From contig JAHQYN010000005.1 in assembly GCA_024421085.1 (NCBI GenBank), forward strand, positions 2,368 to 66,367: a DNA stretch of 64,000 nucleotides. The letters run 5' to 3'. The notes beneath the pieces are model-generated. The model searched no databases. It was not told the origin of the DNA and was given only the letters and a program-made list of their open reading frames with translations. This document shows positions 1 through 9,994 of this stretch, piece by piece. Numbering within the stretch: position 1 is the stretch's first letter; each line of letters begins with the position of its first letter. The translations under genes were made by a program, and so were the position numbers. This stretch comes from Acidimicrobiia bacterium (lineage in GTDB: Bacteria; Actinomycetota; Acidimicrobiia; Acidimicrobiales; Aldehydirespiratoraceae).

Positions 1-2
1 CC

Positions 3-878
3 GACCTCGCCGAGCGCATCCAGGTCGGCCTGCTCAACGTGTTGGAGGAGCGTGACGTGCAGATACGGGGCCACAAGGTGAGGCTACCGCTCGACGTGGT
101 GCTCGTGGCATCGGCCAACCCGGAGGACTACACCAACCGCGGCCGGATCATCACCCCGCTCAAGGACCGGTTCGGCTCCCAGATCCGCACCCACTACCCC
201 CTCAACGTCGACACCGAGATGGCGATCGTCGAACAGGAGGCCGACATCTCGTTCAATGGCGATGCATTCACCGGCGATGTCGAGGTGTCGGTGCCGTCGT
301 TCATGAGCGAGATCGTGGCGACGTTGACCCACGCGGCACGGGCCAGCCAGCACATCTCGCAACGTTCGGGCGTGTCGGTGCGGCTGTCGATCGCCAACGA
401 GGAGGTCATGGTCGCCAACGCCGTGCGACGCACCCTGCGCGCAGGCGGCAGCCAGGCAGTGCCGCGCATCGTCGACCTCGAGGCGCTGCCGGCCTCCACT
501 GCGGGGAAGGTCGAGATGGAGACTCTCGATGAGGGACGCGACGGCGAGATCCTCAACAACCTCGTGCGGGCCGCGGTGCTCGCGGTGTTCAAGCAGCGGG
601 TGCCGCCCGACACCCATCTCGGGGTGGTCGAGGCGTTCGAGGGCGACCTCGTGGTCGACACCGGCGAAGACGTGACCGACGAGGCGTACGCCGCGATGCT
701 CGAGCAGATCCCGGCTTTCATCGCACCGGTTCGGGCTCTGTTGTCAGACGAGGGCCAATCCGAGTCGCCCGCTCTGGTCGCCAGCGCCACCGAGTTGATA
801 CTCGAAGGTCTCCATCTGACTAAGCGCCTCAACAAGGACGGAGGCGCAACCAAGTCCCAGTTCCGAGGCCGCAACTGA
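3..878 (+). CDS. Mg-chelatase ChlI/MoxR-like AAA+ ATPase, 5'-truncated by window edge
   Basis: Frame open from base 3 (DLAERIQVGLLNVLEERDVQIRG...SANPEDYTNRGRIITPLKDRFG), resembling the Rv0958-type chelatase-like ATPases. Confidence 0.8.
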   Translation, partial: DLAERIQVGLLNVLEERDVQIRGHKVRLPLDVVLVASANPEDYTNRGRIITPLKDRFGSQIRTHYPLNVDTEMAIVEQEADISFNGDAFTGDVEVSVPSFMSEIVATLTHAARASQHISQRSGVSVRLSIANEEVMVANAVRRTLRAGGSQAVPRIVDLEALPASTAGKVEMETLDEGRDGEILNNLVRAAVLAVFKQRVPPDTHLGVVEAFEGDLVVDTGEDVTDEAYAAMLEQIPAFIAPVRALLSDEGQSESPALVASATELILEGLHLTKRLNKDGGATKSQFRGRN

Positions 879-956
879 GAGCGTGCGCGGGCAGGTGAAA
901 GCGGGCAACCTCGCTGAGTGGGTGCGAAACCAGGCTGCTGACTACCCTCGCGGATA

Positions 957-2531
957 ATGAACAGCGCCGTGTGGCAGACGATCCCGCAACTCATAGACGA
1001 CGCTGCCCACCGCTTCGGTGAACATGAAGCGATGGTGGACGGCGGCGTCCGCTGGAACTTCTCTGAGTTCCGCTCGCAGATCCACGTAGCGGCGCGTGCG
1101 CTGATGGCCTCGGGGGTGGACCCAGGCGACCGCGTGGCGCTGTGGGCACCCAACATCTGCGAATGGGCCGTGGCCGCGCTCGGGGTGCATGCAGCAGGCG
1201 GGGTAGTGGTACCGATCAACACCCGATTCAAGGGCCGCGAGGCCGCCTACGTGCTCGAGAACTCCGGGGCCGAGATGCTGTTCTGCGTCACCGACTTCCT
1301 TGACACCGACTATGTGGCACTGCTGCAGCAAGCCGGAGTTCCCGAGACGCTGTCGGAGATCGTCGTGATGCGGGGAGCCTGCCCGGCCGGTGCCACCGAC
1401 TACCGCGATTTCATGGCCCGTGCCGCTGCGGTCGACGAGACCGAACGGACCGCCCGCAGCGCCGCGGTCAACGGCGACGACCTCTGCCACATCATGTTCA
1501 CCTCCGGCACCACCGGCGACCCCAAGGGCGCCATGCTGATCCATTCCGCTGTCTGCCGGTCCTATCTGAGCTGGTCCAAGGTGATCGGGCTCGACCGCGA
1601 CCGCTACCTGATCATCAACCCGTTCTTCCACTCTTTCGGGCTCAACGCGGGCATTCTCGCCTGCCTCATGACCGGCTCGACCATCATCCCCCACCCGGTG
1701 TTCGACGTCCCCTCGGTAATGAGGCGCATACCCGAGGAGCGCATCTCGATGCTCCCCGGACCGCCAGCCGTCTACCAGACGATCCTCAACAGCGAGGACC
1801 TCGACCAATGGGACATGTCGTCGCTGCGCCTGGCAGTGACCGGCGCGGCCGCCATCCCCGTGGAGATGATCCTTGCTATGCGCGAGCGGCTCGGCTTCGA
1901 GAAGATCGTCACCGGCTACGGGCTCACCGAATCATCGGGGATCACCACCATGTGCCGACACGACGACGACCCCGAGATCATCGCCCACACCAGCGGCCGG
2001 GCCATCGACGGCGTCGAAGTGCGAATCGTTGACCCGCAGGGCCGAGAGGTGCCGAGAGGCGAGCCGGGCGAGATCGTTGTGCGCGGCTACAACGTGATGA
2101 AGGGCTACCTCAACGACCCGGCCAAGACCACCGAGACGATCGACGCCGACGGCTGGCTGCACACCGGCGACATCGGAGTGATGGACGCTGGCGGCAACAT
2201 CGACGTCACCGACCGGCTCAAGGACATGTTCATCAACGGCGGGTTCAACGCCTACCCGGCCGAGATCGAGAACCTGATGATGAACCATCCAGGAGTCGCA
2301 CAGGTAGCCGTGGTCGGCGTGCCCGACGACCGGCTCGGCGAAGTCGGCCACGCCTTCGTGGTGCCCTCGGTCGGATCCGACCGCGACCCCGAGGAACTGA
2401 TCGCCTGGTGCCGCGGCCAGATGGCCAACTACAAGGTCCCACGACATGTCGAATACGTCGACGCACTCCCCCTCAACGCCAGCGGCAAAGTCCTGAAATA
2501 CCAACTCCGCGAACGCGCCGTGCGGTGCTAG
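957..2531 (+). CDS. Acyl-CoA synthetase, FadD3-like
   Basis: AMP-binding motifs FTSGTTGDPKG, TGYGLTE, WLHTGDIG, LNASGKV; GGFNAYPAEIE as in FadD3-type ligases. Confidence 0.85.
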   Translation: MNSAVWQTIPQLIDDAAHRFGEHEAMVDGGVRWNFSEFRSQIHVAARALMASGVDPGDRVALWAPNICEWAVAALGVHAAGGVVVPINTRFKGREAAYVLENSGAEMLFCVTDFLDTDYVALLQQAGVPETLSEIVVMRGACPAGATDYRDFMARAAAVDETERTARSAAVNGDDLCHIMFTSGTTGDPKGAMLIHSAVCRSYLSWSKVIGLDRDRYLIINPFFHSFGLNAGILACLMTGSTIIPHPVFDVPSVMRRIPEERISMLPGPPAVYQTILNSEDLDQWDMSSLRLAVTGAAAIPVEMILAMRERLGFEKIVTGYGLTESSGITTMCRHDDDPEIIAHTSGRAIDGVEVRIVDPQGREVPRGEPGEIVVRGYNVMKGYLNDPAKTTETIDADGWLHTGDIGVMDAGGNIDVTDRLKDMFINGGFNAYPAEIENLMMNHPGVAQVAVVGVPDDRLGEVGHAFVVPSVGSDRDPEELIAWCRGQMANYKVPRHVEYVDALPLNASGKVLKYQLRERAVRC

Positions 2532-2540
2532 GGTCACGGT

Positions 2541-2687
2541 ATGGGACTCAAGAGATTCATCACGAACCTGCTCAGCCCACCGAACCTGCGCCGGCGTCAA
2601 GCACCCACAGCGCCCAAGTCCAGCGAAGCCTACGCCGAGGAGATCGAGACGGAGAAGGAGCGCCGCAGAGGAATGAGGGGCTTCTAG
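2541..2687 (+). CDS. Putative 48-aa small protein (leaderless)
   Basis: ORF MGLKRFITNLLSPPNLRRRQAPTAPKSSEAYAEEIETEKERRRGMRGF; TAGGGT -10 box 6 nt before the ATG, as at neighbouring known genes. Confidence 0.55.
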   Translation: MGLKRFITNLLSPPNLRRRQAPTAPKSSEAYAEEIETEKERRRGMRGF

Positions 2688-2743
2688 GAGAATGAGGGGC
2701 TGCTGGCTGCTGCCCTCCGGTTGATGAGTCGCATCGAAGAGTC

Positions 2744-3088
2744 TCAACCCCAGCCCATGGTGTGCAGCGATTCGTCGTCGATGCCGAAGTGGTGGGCGAT
2801 CTCATGGATGACGGTGATCTCGACCTCGGCGGCCAGTTCGGTCTCGTCGCTGCACATCTCGCACAACGGCAGCCGGTAGATGCTGATCTTGTCGGGCATC
2901 TCGAAGGCACCGTAGGCCTCCCGCTCGGTGAGCGGCACTCCCTCATAGAGACCCAGCAGGTCTTCGCTGGGGTGCCGGTCCTCGATCACCACCGCAACGT
3001 TGTGCATCATTGCGCCCAGCTCCGCCGGCAGCGCATCGACCACCTCAGCCACCAGATGTTCGAAGCGGCGTGTGCCGACCGGTTCCAC
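2744..3088 (-). CDS. Zincin-like metallopeptidase (DUF1025-type)
   Basis: LLGLYEGVPL...PDKISIYRLPL...TVIHEIAHHFG (HExxH); GTG start 7 nt after TAGCCT. Confidence 0.85.
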   Translation of the reverse strand: MEPVGTRRFEHLVAEVVDALPAELGAMMHNVAVVIEDRHPSEDLLGLYEGVPLTEREAYGAFEMPDKISIYRLPLCEMCSDETELAAEVEITVIHEIAHHFGIDDESLHTMGWG

Positions 3089-3126
3089 CCACCAGAGGCT
3101 AATGGTCGACTCGGTAGGGTGCTGCA

Positions 3127-5124
3127 ATGGTCGCCGACGATCGATCCGAGGACCGCGCCGAGGACCGCGCCGAGGACCGCGCCGACGATCGATCCGAGGA
3201 CCGCGCCGAGGCGTTGCTGGCCGGATTGACTCCAGCGCAGCGCGACGCAGTCACCACGACGGCTTCGCGGCTCTGCATCATCGCCGGCGCCGGCTCGGGC
3301 AAGACCCGGGTGCTGACCCGGCGGGTCGCCTGGCAGTCGGCGCAAGCGAACATCGACCCCCGCCGCGTGCTGGTGCTCACCTTCACCCGGCGGGCCGCGT
3401 CTGAGCTGCGCTCGAGACTGAAGAGTCTGGGAATGCGCGAGGCGATCGCGGCCGGCACCTTCCACTCGGTGGCGTTGGCGCTGCTGAAGCGTTACTGGGA
3501 CCACTGCGACCGACCGCACATGAAACTCCTCCCAAGCCGCTATTCGTTGTTGGCCAAAGCGAATCCTCAGCTCGACACCACAACGGTCGCCGCTATCAAC
3601 ACCGAGATCAGCTGGGCTCGGGCCCGACTGATCACGCCCGAACGCTACGCCGCCGAAGCAACCGAGGCCCGGCGGCGACCTCCGCGCAGCGCCGAGTTCA
3701 CGGCATCGGCCTACGCTGCGTTCCAACAGGCCAAGAACACCCGCAGGCTCATCGACTTCGACGATGTGCTGGCCCTGTGCCACTCCGTGCTGACCAAGCA
3801 GCCGGCTTTCGCCGACGCGCAGCGCTGGTTCTACCGGCATCTGTTCGTCGACGAGTTTCAAGATGTCAATCCGCTGCAGTTCGCGGTCCTGTCGGCCTGG
3901 CTCGGGCCCGAGTCGTCGCTCGCCCTAGTCGGCGACCCAGATCAGGCCATCTACGGCTTCAACGGCGCCGACCCCGACTTCATCCGCCGGGTCGACCGCC
4001 ACTTTCCCGGGATTGCGGTGATGCACCTCCGCACCAACTTCCGGTCGACCCCGGAGGTGCTGTTCGCCGCGGCCCGGGTGCTGAACAGCGAACCTCAACC
4101 CGCCACCCGGGCCTCCGGTGACTGGCCCACGGTGACCGTGACCGAGGGCGACGACGAGGCTTCGGTGCTGGTGCAGGCGATCCGTTCTCGACGCCTCGAG
4201 GGTGCTTCATGGCGGGACCAGGCGGTACTGGCGCGGACAAACGCCCAACTCCCCGCGTTGCGCAAGGCGTTGACTGCGCTGGGCGTACCGACCCGAAGGC
4301 GCGACACCGGCCTGCTGCGACACCCGGAGATCGTCGATCTGTTGAACCGCTGGCACAGCGACACCGCGCTCTCGACGATGTTGACCGACGAGCAGATGCG
4401 TCTGCGGCACGATCGGCCCGTCAACGACCAGACCGTGATTCTCGACGCGTTCATGAGTCTCGCTGCGGACCACCTGACGCTTGAACCCCGGGCCACGATC
4501 GGAGACTTCACCGTCTCGCTGCGCAGCGATGATCGAGTGGGCGAGGCCGTCGATGCCGTGGAGCTCTGCACCTTCCATTCCGCCAAAGGACTGGAATGGC
4601 CGATAGTCCATCTGGTGGGGCTCGAAGACGGGTTGGTCCCCGTCGCCTTCGCGCGTTCGCGCGCCGCCCGCGAGGAGGAGCGGCGACTGCTCTACGTCGC
4701 GGCCACCAGGGCCCGACAGGAACTTCACGTCATGTGGTGTTCCAACCGCGTCGTCGCGAGCAAGCCGATGGAACGCTCCCCCTCACCGTGGTTGGAGGCA
4801 TTCGTCAGCGACAAACCTGCGGACCAGACCCCCACCGGCCCTCCCCGCGAAGTCCTCGACCTGCTCCGACGATTGCGAGACTCGCATTCCGGTGACGACC
4901 CCGCCGAGCGTGCCAGCGAACTACTCACCGATCTGCACCAGTGGCGGAGCGCAGTCGCCCGCGCTGCCAGGATCAAGCCTTCAGCAGTGCTGAAGGACAG
5001 CACACTGCGCCGCATCGCCCAACAGGAGCCGTCGAGCATTTCCGAACTCAGCGCCGTCATCGGCCCCATCATGGCCGATCGATTCGGCCCTCGGCTCCTA
5101 GAGATCATCCATCCCGCAGATTGA
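3127..5124 (+). CDS. uvrD2: ATP-dependent DNA helicase UvrD2-like with C-terminal HRDC domain
   Basis: AGAGSGKT, VDEFQD, VGDPDQAIYGF, TFHSAKGLEW, EERRLLYVAATRA; HRDC-like LHQWRSAVARAARIKPSAVLKD. Confidence 0.9.
   Translation: MVADDRSEDRAEDRAEDRADDRSEDRAEALLAGLTPAQRDAVTTTASRLCIIAGAGSGKTRVLTRRVAWQSAQANIDPRRVLVLTFTRRAASELRSRLKSLGMREAIAAGTFHSVALALLKRYWDHCDRPHMKLLPSRYSLLAKANPQLDTTTVAAINTEISWARARLITPERYAAEATEARRRPPRSAEFTASAYAAFQQAKNTRRLIDFDDVLALCHSVLTKQPAFADAQRWFYRHLFVDEFQDVNPLQFAVLSAWLGPESSLALVGDPDQAIYGFNGADPDFIRRVDRHFPGIAVMHLRTNFRSTPEVLFAAARVLNSEPQPATRASGDWPTVTVTEGDDEASVLVQAIRSRRLEGASWRDQAVLARTNAQLPALRKALTALGVPTRRRDTGLLRHPEIVDLLNRWHSDTALSTMLTDEQMRLRHDRPVNDQTVILDAFMSLAADHLTLEPRATIGDFTVSLRSDDRVGEAVDAVELCTFHSAKGLEWPIVHLVGLEDGLVPVAFARSRAAREEERRLLYVAATRARQELHVMWCSNRVVASKPMERSPSPWLEAFVSDKPADQTPTGPPREVLDLLRRLRDSHSGDDPAERASELLTDLHQWRSAVARAARIKPSAVLKDSTLRRIAQQEPSSISELSAVIGPIMADRFGPRLLEIIHPAD
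3134..3210 (+). repeat. 12-bp coding tandem repeat (EDRA/DDRS) at the UvrD2 N-terminus
   Basis: GAGGACCGCGCC units; protein reads DDRSEDRAEDRAEDRADDRSEDRAE. Confidence 0.85.
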
Positions 5125-5211
5125 CAGCAAAGCATCAAAACGCCACTGCCAGATCGTCTCATTTGACCGCGCCTTCTCCCGGTTCAGCGGCGTGAGGCTG
5201 GAGACACCGGG

Positions 5212-7338
5212 CTAGTCGCGGCGCGGGAGTGCGACCACCGCAACGTTCGCATCGCACTGTTCAAGGACCGTCTCAACGGTGTGGCCGAGGAATGGCCGCC
5301 CGTCGACGCTGCGCAACTGCGCGCCGAGAACCACAAGGTCGCAGCCTTCGTCTGTGGCAACACCCACCAGCGCCGAAGGGACGTCGGCGGAACTGCGGAT
5401 CAGTGCGCGCGGCCAAATTCCTGCCTGAACCGCCCGGATCGTGGCGATGTCGAGGAGCTCTCTGGCGACCACCTCGCTCGGGTCCAGTTCGGTCGAGCGG
5501 CGTTTCAACACCCGCGGAACGAGCGTCTTGCGGTTGAGCACATGCGTCAGGAACACCTCGGTCCCCAACTGCTCGGAGATGCTGAACGCCACTTCCTGGG
5601 CCGCGCTCGACGAACGGGTGCCCGTGACCGGAACGACGACTCGGCTGAACGCTGCCGGAAGGGGGCGATCAAGATCGCGGGCCCGGCGGACGATAATGAC
5701 CGGGATCGTGGCTTTCAACAGGATCTCGTCGACCATCGGCGAATACAACTGGCTCTCGTGGCGGGTCGCCACACCCACGGCGATCACCCCGTAGCCGAGC
5801 CGGGACTCCGCGGCGATCGCTGCCGCGGCATCGTCGCCGCTCACCGTCCGGTGGTCGACCGCCCGCTCGTTGAGCACCGCTTCGAGCACCGACAGGTCCG
5901 GTCGTTGCGGCCCGTCGAGCACCGAGACCAGCGTCGCCGGGGCTTCTTTCGGCCAGGCGAACTGCACGAGCTGCGCCGCGGCTATCGAAGCCGGGCCGCC
6001 CTGTGACGGCAACAGTATCCTCGACGACTTCACCACCAGGTTCTGACTGAGCGCTTTCTCGCGGTCGAGTCGCTCCCGCTCGTCGGCCGATCCCCTCCAG
6101 CCGCGCACCACGGCGCGCAGCGACACCGCCGCGAACACCGAGGTGACCAGCGGCACGATCACGATCACCGTGTATGCCGTCTCGCTGAACACGCCCAGGG
6201 ACAGACCCACAGAGGCGATCACGATCTCCAGGGTCCCCCGCGCATTGAGTCCGGCGCCCAGAGCCACCGCAGCCTTGCGGCTCTGACCGGCCAGGCGCGC
6301 CCCGACGAAAGCCCCGGCGAACTTCGCGCCGATAGCCACCGCCAGCACGATCCCCAGCCACCTGAGAGCGTCTGTATCTAGGAGTCCGAGATCGACACGC
6401 ATCCCGGCGGTGGCGAAGAAGACCGGGGCGAGGAGGCTCGTCGTGAGAGACTCGATGTGGTGCAGCACCTCGGGTTGACCGAACCGGGAGCGGTGCAGCA
6501 CAACCCCCGCCACGAACGCGCCGAGCACGGCTTCGATGCCGAGCGCCTGGGTCGCAACTCCATAGACGAGCATGGTGACCGCAACGACGGTCATCGCCCC
6601 GGCAATGTTGGGACCGTCGCGTCGCACCCAGCGCAGCGCCCGGTCGACCAGCCGTTGGCCCAGGGTCATGGCCAGAACCAGGAAAAGAGCCAACCCCAGC
6701 ACCGTTTCAAGCACGACCCTTATCGACACCGACCCCGAAGTGGCAAAGCTGGCGAAGACCGCCAGCATCACCCAGCCGATCACATCGTTGGCCATCCCGG
6801 CCGCAACCGTGATCTGGCCGAAGTCGCGTCTCATCAGGCCCAGCTCGGAGAGGATCTTGGCGATCACGGCCAAAGCCGAGACAGCCATCGCCGCGGCCAC
6901 GAACATGGCGAACACGCTGCGGTCGGCGTCGCTGCCGACGAACGACTCGGGCAGCCAGACGCCGACCAGTATCCCACCGATCAGGGGCACGACCAGACTG
7001 AAGCCGGTCACCAGCGCGGCGGCGCGCCCGAGGCTGCGGATCAACCCCAGATCGGTCTCGAAACCCGCGGTCACCAGCAGCAGGGCCACACCCAGCCAGC
7101 TGACCGCCAGCAGGGCACCCGAGGAGATCTCCTCTTCGGGCAGGAACCAGGCGAAGCCCTCGGGCCAGACCCGCCCAAAGATCGAGGGGCCGACGATGAT
7201 CCCCGCCGCGAGCTGCCCTATCACCGAGGGAAGGTTGATGCGGCGCATGAGGCCGCCGAACAGGCGGGCTACCGACACCAGCACCAGCAACTGCGTCCAG
7301 AAGACCAGCAGTTGGTGCTCGTCGAGGGGGGTCAACAT
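5212..7338 (-). CDS. Cation:proton antiporter (CPA2/KefB-like) fused to universal-stress domains
   Basis: Multi-TM N-terminal region with GMANDVIGW and GLNARG; C-terminal USP motifs VVVPVTG and PFLGHTVETVL. Confidence 0.85.
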   Translation of the reverse strand: MLTPLDEHQLLVFWTQLLVLVSVARLFGGLMRRINLPSVIGQLAAGIIVGPSIFGRVWPEGFAWFLPEEEISSGALLAVSWLGVALLLVTAGFETDLGLIRSLGRAAALVTGFSLVVPLIGGILVGVWLPESFVGSDADRSVFAMFVAAAMAVSALAVIAKILSELGLMRRDFGQITVAAGMANDVIGWVMLAVFASFATSGSVSIRVVLETVLGLALFLVLAMTLGQRLVDRALRWVRRDGPNIAGAMTVVAVTMLVYGVATQALGIEAVLGAFVAGVVLHRSRFGQPEVLHHIESLTTSLLAPVFFATAGMRVDLGLLDTDALRWLGIVLAVAIGAKFAGAFVGARLAGQSRKAAVALGAGLNARGTLEIVIASVGLSLGVFSETAYTVIVIVPLVTSVFAAVSLRAVVRGWRGSADERERLDREKALSQNLVVKSSRILLPSQGGPASIAAAQLVQFAWPKEAPATLVSVLDGPQRPDLSVLEAVLNERAVDHRTVSGDDAAAAIAAESRLGYGVIAVGVATRHESQLYSPMVDEILLKATIPVIIVRRARDLDRPLPAAFSRVVVPVTGTRSSSAAQEVAFSISEQLGTEVFLTHVLNRKTLVPRVLKRRSTELDPSEVVARELLDIATIRAVQAGIWPRALIRSSADVPSALVGVATDEGCDLVVLGAQLRSVDGRPFLGHTVETVLEQCDANVAVVALPRRD

Positions 7339-7342
7339 CGCC

Positions 7343-8125
7343 CTAGCGGCTTCCGTCGATCAGGACCGGGGCGTGGTCGCTCGGCGGGTCGTCCTTGGGG
7401 CCCTTGCGCTCGTTGCGGTCTACTAGGGCCAGCTCGGTGGCGTCGGCGACGGACCGGGAGGTCATCAGCAGATCGATGCGCATTCCCAGCTTCTTGTGGA
7501 AGCTGCCGCCGCGGTAGTCCCACCAGGAGTAGAGGCGCTCATCTTGGTGGTGTTCACGGAACACGTCCACCAGTCCCCAGTCTTGCAGAGCCGCGATTCT
7601 GGCACGTTCAGGTTCGCTGGTGTGGGTCTGCGTCACGAACTCGGCGGGGTCATAGACGTCGCGGTCTTCGGGGGCGATGTTGAAGTCGCCGCAGACGACG
7701 ATGTCGTCGCTGGGCTCGCACTGCCCGTCGAGGTCTCCGACCAGCCGGTCGAGCCAGGCCAGCTTGTACTGGTAGTGGTCGTGGTCGAGCGCCCGTCCGT
7801 TGGGCACGTAGCAGCAGGCCACCCGGACTCCGCCACAGGTCGCCCAGGCGATCCGGGCATCGGCGTCTGCTGGTTTGCCGTCGCCGAATCCGGCGATCGG
7901 GTCGTCTATTCCCAGCCGCGAGAGGATCGCGACGCCGTTCCAGCGCCCCTGCCCATGATGGAAGCTGTCGTAGCCGAGCGCTTCGAAGGTCATCGCCGGG
8001 AACGCCTCGTCGGCCAGTTTGGTCTCCTGAAGGCACAGCACGTCTGGTTCGAACATCTCAAGCCAGCGCTCGACCCGCCCGAGTCGGGCCTTCAACGAGT
8101 TGACATTCCAAGTCGCGATCCGCAC
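7343..8125 (-). CDS. xth: Exodeoxyribonuclease III
   Basis: RIATWNVNS, LCLQETK, YVPNG, CGDFNIAP, YSWWDYR, RIDL, SDHAPV; GTG start 7 nt after TAGGAT. Confidence 0.93.
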   Translation of the reverse strand: MRIATWNVNSLKARLGRVERWLEMFEPDVLCLQETKLADEAFPAMTFEALGYDSFHHGQGRWNGVAILSRLGIDDPIAGFGDGKPADADARIAWATCGGVRVACCYVPNGRALDHDHYQYKLAWLDRLVGDLDGQCEPSDDIVVCGDFNIAPEDRDVYDPAEFVTQTHTSEPERARIAALQDWGLVDVFREHHQDERLYSWWDYRGGSFHKKLGMRIDLLMTSRSVADATELALVDRNERKGPKDDPPSDHAPVLIDGSR

Positions 8126-8155
8126 CCACACGATCCTAGGACACCACGGGGCGCT

Positions 8156-8303
8156 TCGGATCGCGGCCACGCACGAACGCCAGCGAGTGTCGCGCCGGCA
8201 CCGTCCGAAAATGACATCGGATCGCGGCCACGCACGAACGCCAGCGAGTGTCGCGCCGGCACCGTCCGAAAATGACATCGGATCGCGGCCACGCACGAAC
8301 GCC
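8156..8303. repeat. 61-bp tandem repeat, about 2.4 perfect copies
   Basis: TCGGATCGCGGCCACGCACGAACGCCAGCGAGTGTCGCGCCGGCACCGTCCGAAAATGACA at 8156 and 8217, partial at 8278. Confidence 0.95.
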
Positions 8304-8369
8304 GCATTCGGTGCTTGGGCCCTTTGGGGGCCTCGGTGCCGCCGCCGGGGAGGTTCCCGAACCGGGGAT

Positions 8370-8471
8370 TCAGGACTGACCGGCCGGGCCAGCGGCGTCG
8401 AGGCGGGGGCGGTCGCTCCAGAGACGATCGAGCTGATAGAAGTCGCGCTGGGCCGAACCGCACACGTGCAC
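8370..8471 (-). pseudogene. Displaced second copy of the rsfS 3' end (att-like direct repeat)
   Basis: 8397-8471 matches 10246-10320 at 72/75 nt; reads VHVCGSAQRDFYQLDRLWSDRPRLDAAGPAGQS* with its own TGA at 8370-8372. Confidence 0.9.
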
Positions 8472-8519
8472 TCTGTGATGTCACGCTCCTCAAGAGCGGA
8501 CCGTCGCGAGGCTCTTCTT

Positions 8520-9926
8520 TCACTTCGCGGCGCAATGCTGAGCGCCGACAGCGGCGCTCAGGATCCACTCATAGGCGGGTTGGGCATGAACCCCGGTGGG
8601 CACCTCACCGGGCAGACCCCGGTGGTCGAGCGTGAGCAAGGACTGCGATGCAGTCGGGAGCACCTTGCTGGCCGCGACCAAGCCACGCAGCTCCCGAGCG
8701 GCGGTGCTTGCGTCGGTCGCGTCCGCGCACACTTGGATGAGCTCAGCGGTTCCGTCGAGATGGTGTGCCAGGAAGTCGACCTCGTAGCCCTCGGCAGTCT
8801 GGACGTAGGTGATCTCGCTGCCGCGACGCTCCAGTTCGATCAGCACCGCGGTCTCCAGAGCATGGCCCCTATTGGCCCTCCCGTTGCGGTCGTACACACC
8901 GATGAGGCCTGCATCGACCGGGTACGCCTTGCGCGGGTTGACCATCCGCTGCCGTTCCGATGCCGCCTCCATCCAGACCGTTCGCACCAGAAAGCTGTCC
9001 TCGAGCCAGCTCAGATGCTGGTGAACGGTGTCGCGCGCGATCGCGATGCCCTGGGAGCGCAGGGTCCGGTGGAACTTCTCGACGCTGAACATCGCGCCGG
9101 CGTTGGCCAGCAACTGGCGTGCCAGCCAGCGCAGGCCGACCACATTGGTCGCCCCGTGGCGATCGATCACGTCCCTCAGCAGAGCAACATCGACATAGTC
9201 GGTCAGCAAGCGCCGCCGTGTCGCGGTGTCCAGTCCCTGTGCTTCAGGGAAACCGCCGGACTCAAGCCACTCGACGAACGCCGCCTCGACCCGCGCCCGC
9301 TCGATGCGGGACATGTTCGGGGGGGACTCGGGCAGGGCTTCGCCGCGATGCCGCAGCGCCTCGTCGAACCCGAACGGATGCATGAGGACCTGCCACGCCC
9401 TGCCCCGCAACTCGGTAGCGATCTCGCGTGACAGCAACGCTGCCGAGGAGCCCGACACGAACACCTCCGCGCCTTCGGCATCGAGCAGGCGCCGCACGAG
9501 CCGCTCCCAGCCCGCCACGGTCTGGATCTCGTCAAGGAACCAGCAAACCGGTGCATGTGTACCCGAAGACGTCGTGGCTCGATAGCGATCGGTGTACTCG
9601 TCGATCAACGCACCCAGCGTCGCTGCACCGAGCCCCACCAGACGCTCGTCTTCGAACGAGACGAAGGGAAGACACTCGGCCGGGACTCCTGTCGAGATTC
9701 GCTCAGAGCGCAGCTGGTGCAGAAATGTCGTCTTGCCCGCCCGGCGAATGCCGATCACGGCTGTGGCCTTGCCAGCGAACGCCGTTGGCCCGACGACGCG
9801 ACGCGGCGTGAACAAGGGGGGGCTGCGCACCTCCTCCAGCCGGGCGAAGAAGGTGTGTCGCAGCTGCGGCGAGGGTGCATCCGAGCCTGCCGTGCGCTCC
9901 CAGTTGTCGTTCGCCGATGGCGTCAT
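8520..9926 (-). CDS. AAA+ ATPase with DUF4143-type C-terminal domain (COG1373-like)
   Basis: Walker A GIRRAGKT, Walker B WFLDEIQ, SGSSA, GGFPE, KAYPVDAG, LETAV, EVDF, IQVC. Confidence 0.9.
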   Translation of the reverse strand: MTPSANDNWERTAGSDAPSPQLRHTFFARLEEVRSPPLFTPRRVVGPTAFAGKATAVIGIRRAGKTTFLHQLRSERISTGVPAECLPFVSFEDERLVGLGAATLGALIDEYTDRYRATTSSGTHAPVCWFLDEIQTVAGWERLVRRLLDAEGAEVFVSGSSAALLSREIATELRGRAWQVLMHPFGFDEALRHRGEALPESPPNMSRIERARVEAAFVEWLESGGFPEAQGLDTATRRRLLTDYVDVALLRDVIDRHGATNVVGLRWLARQLLANAGAMFSVEKFHRTLRSQGIAIARDTVHQHLSWLEDSFLVRTVWMEAASERQRMVNPRKAYPVDAGLIGVYDRNGRANRGHALETAVLIELERRGSEITYVQTAEGYEVDFLAHHLDGTAELIQVCADATDASTAARELRGLVAASKVLPTASQSLLTLDHRGLPGEVPTGVHAQPAYEWILSAAVGAQHCAAK

Positions 9927-9937
9927 GGCGTATTCTC

Positions 9938-9994
9938 TCCTTGTCAGAAGGAAAGTTTACTATCAATTTCTCCTTCTTAAAAGGAGAAATTGAT
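9938..9994. promoter_or_regulatory. Tandem operator-like palindromes over the ATPase promoter
   Basis: Perfect 14-bp inverted repeat ATCAATTTCTCCTT-N5-AAGGAGAAATTGAT (9962-9994) and a second TCCTT-N5-AAGGA core (9938-9952) 33 bp away; TAAACT -10 candidate on the minus strand between them. Confidence 0.7.
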
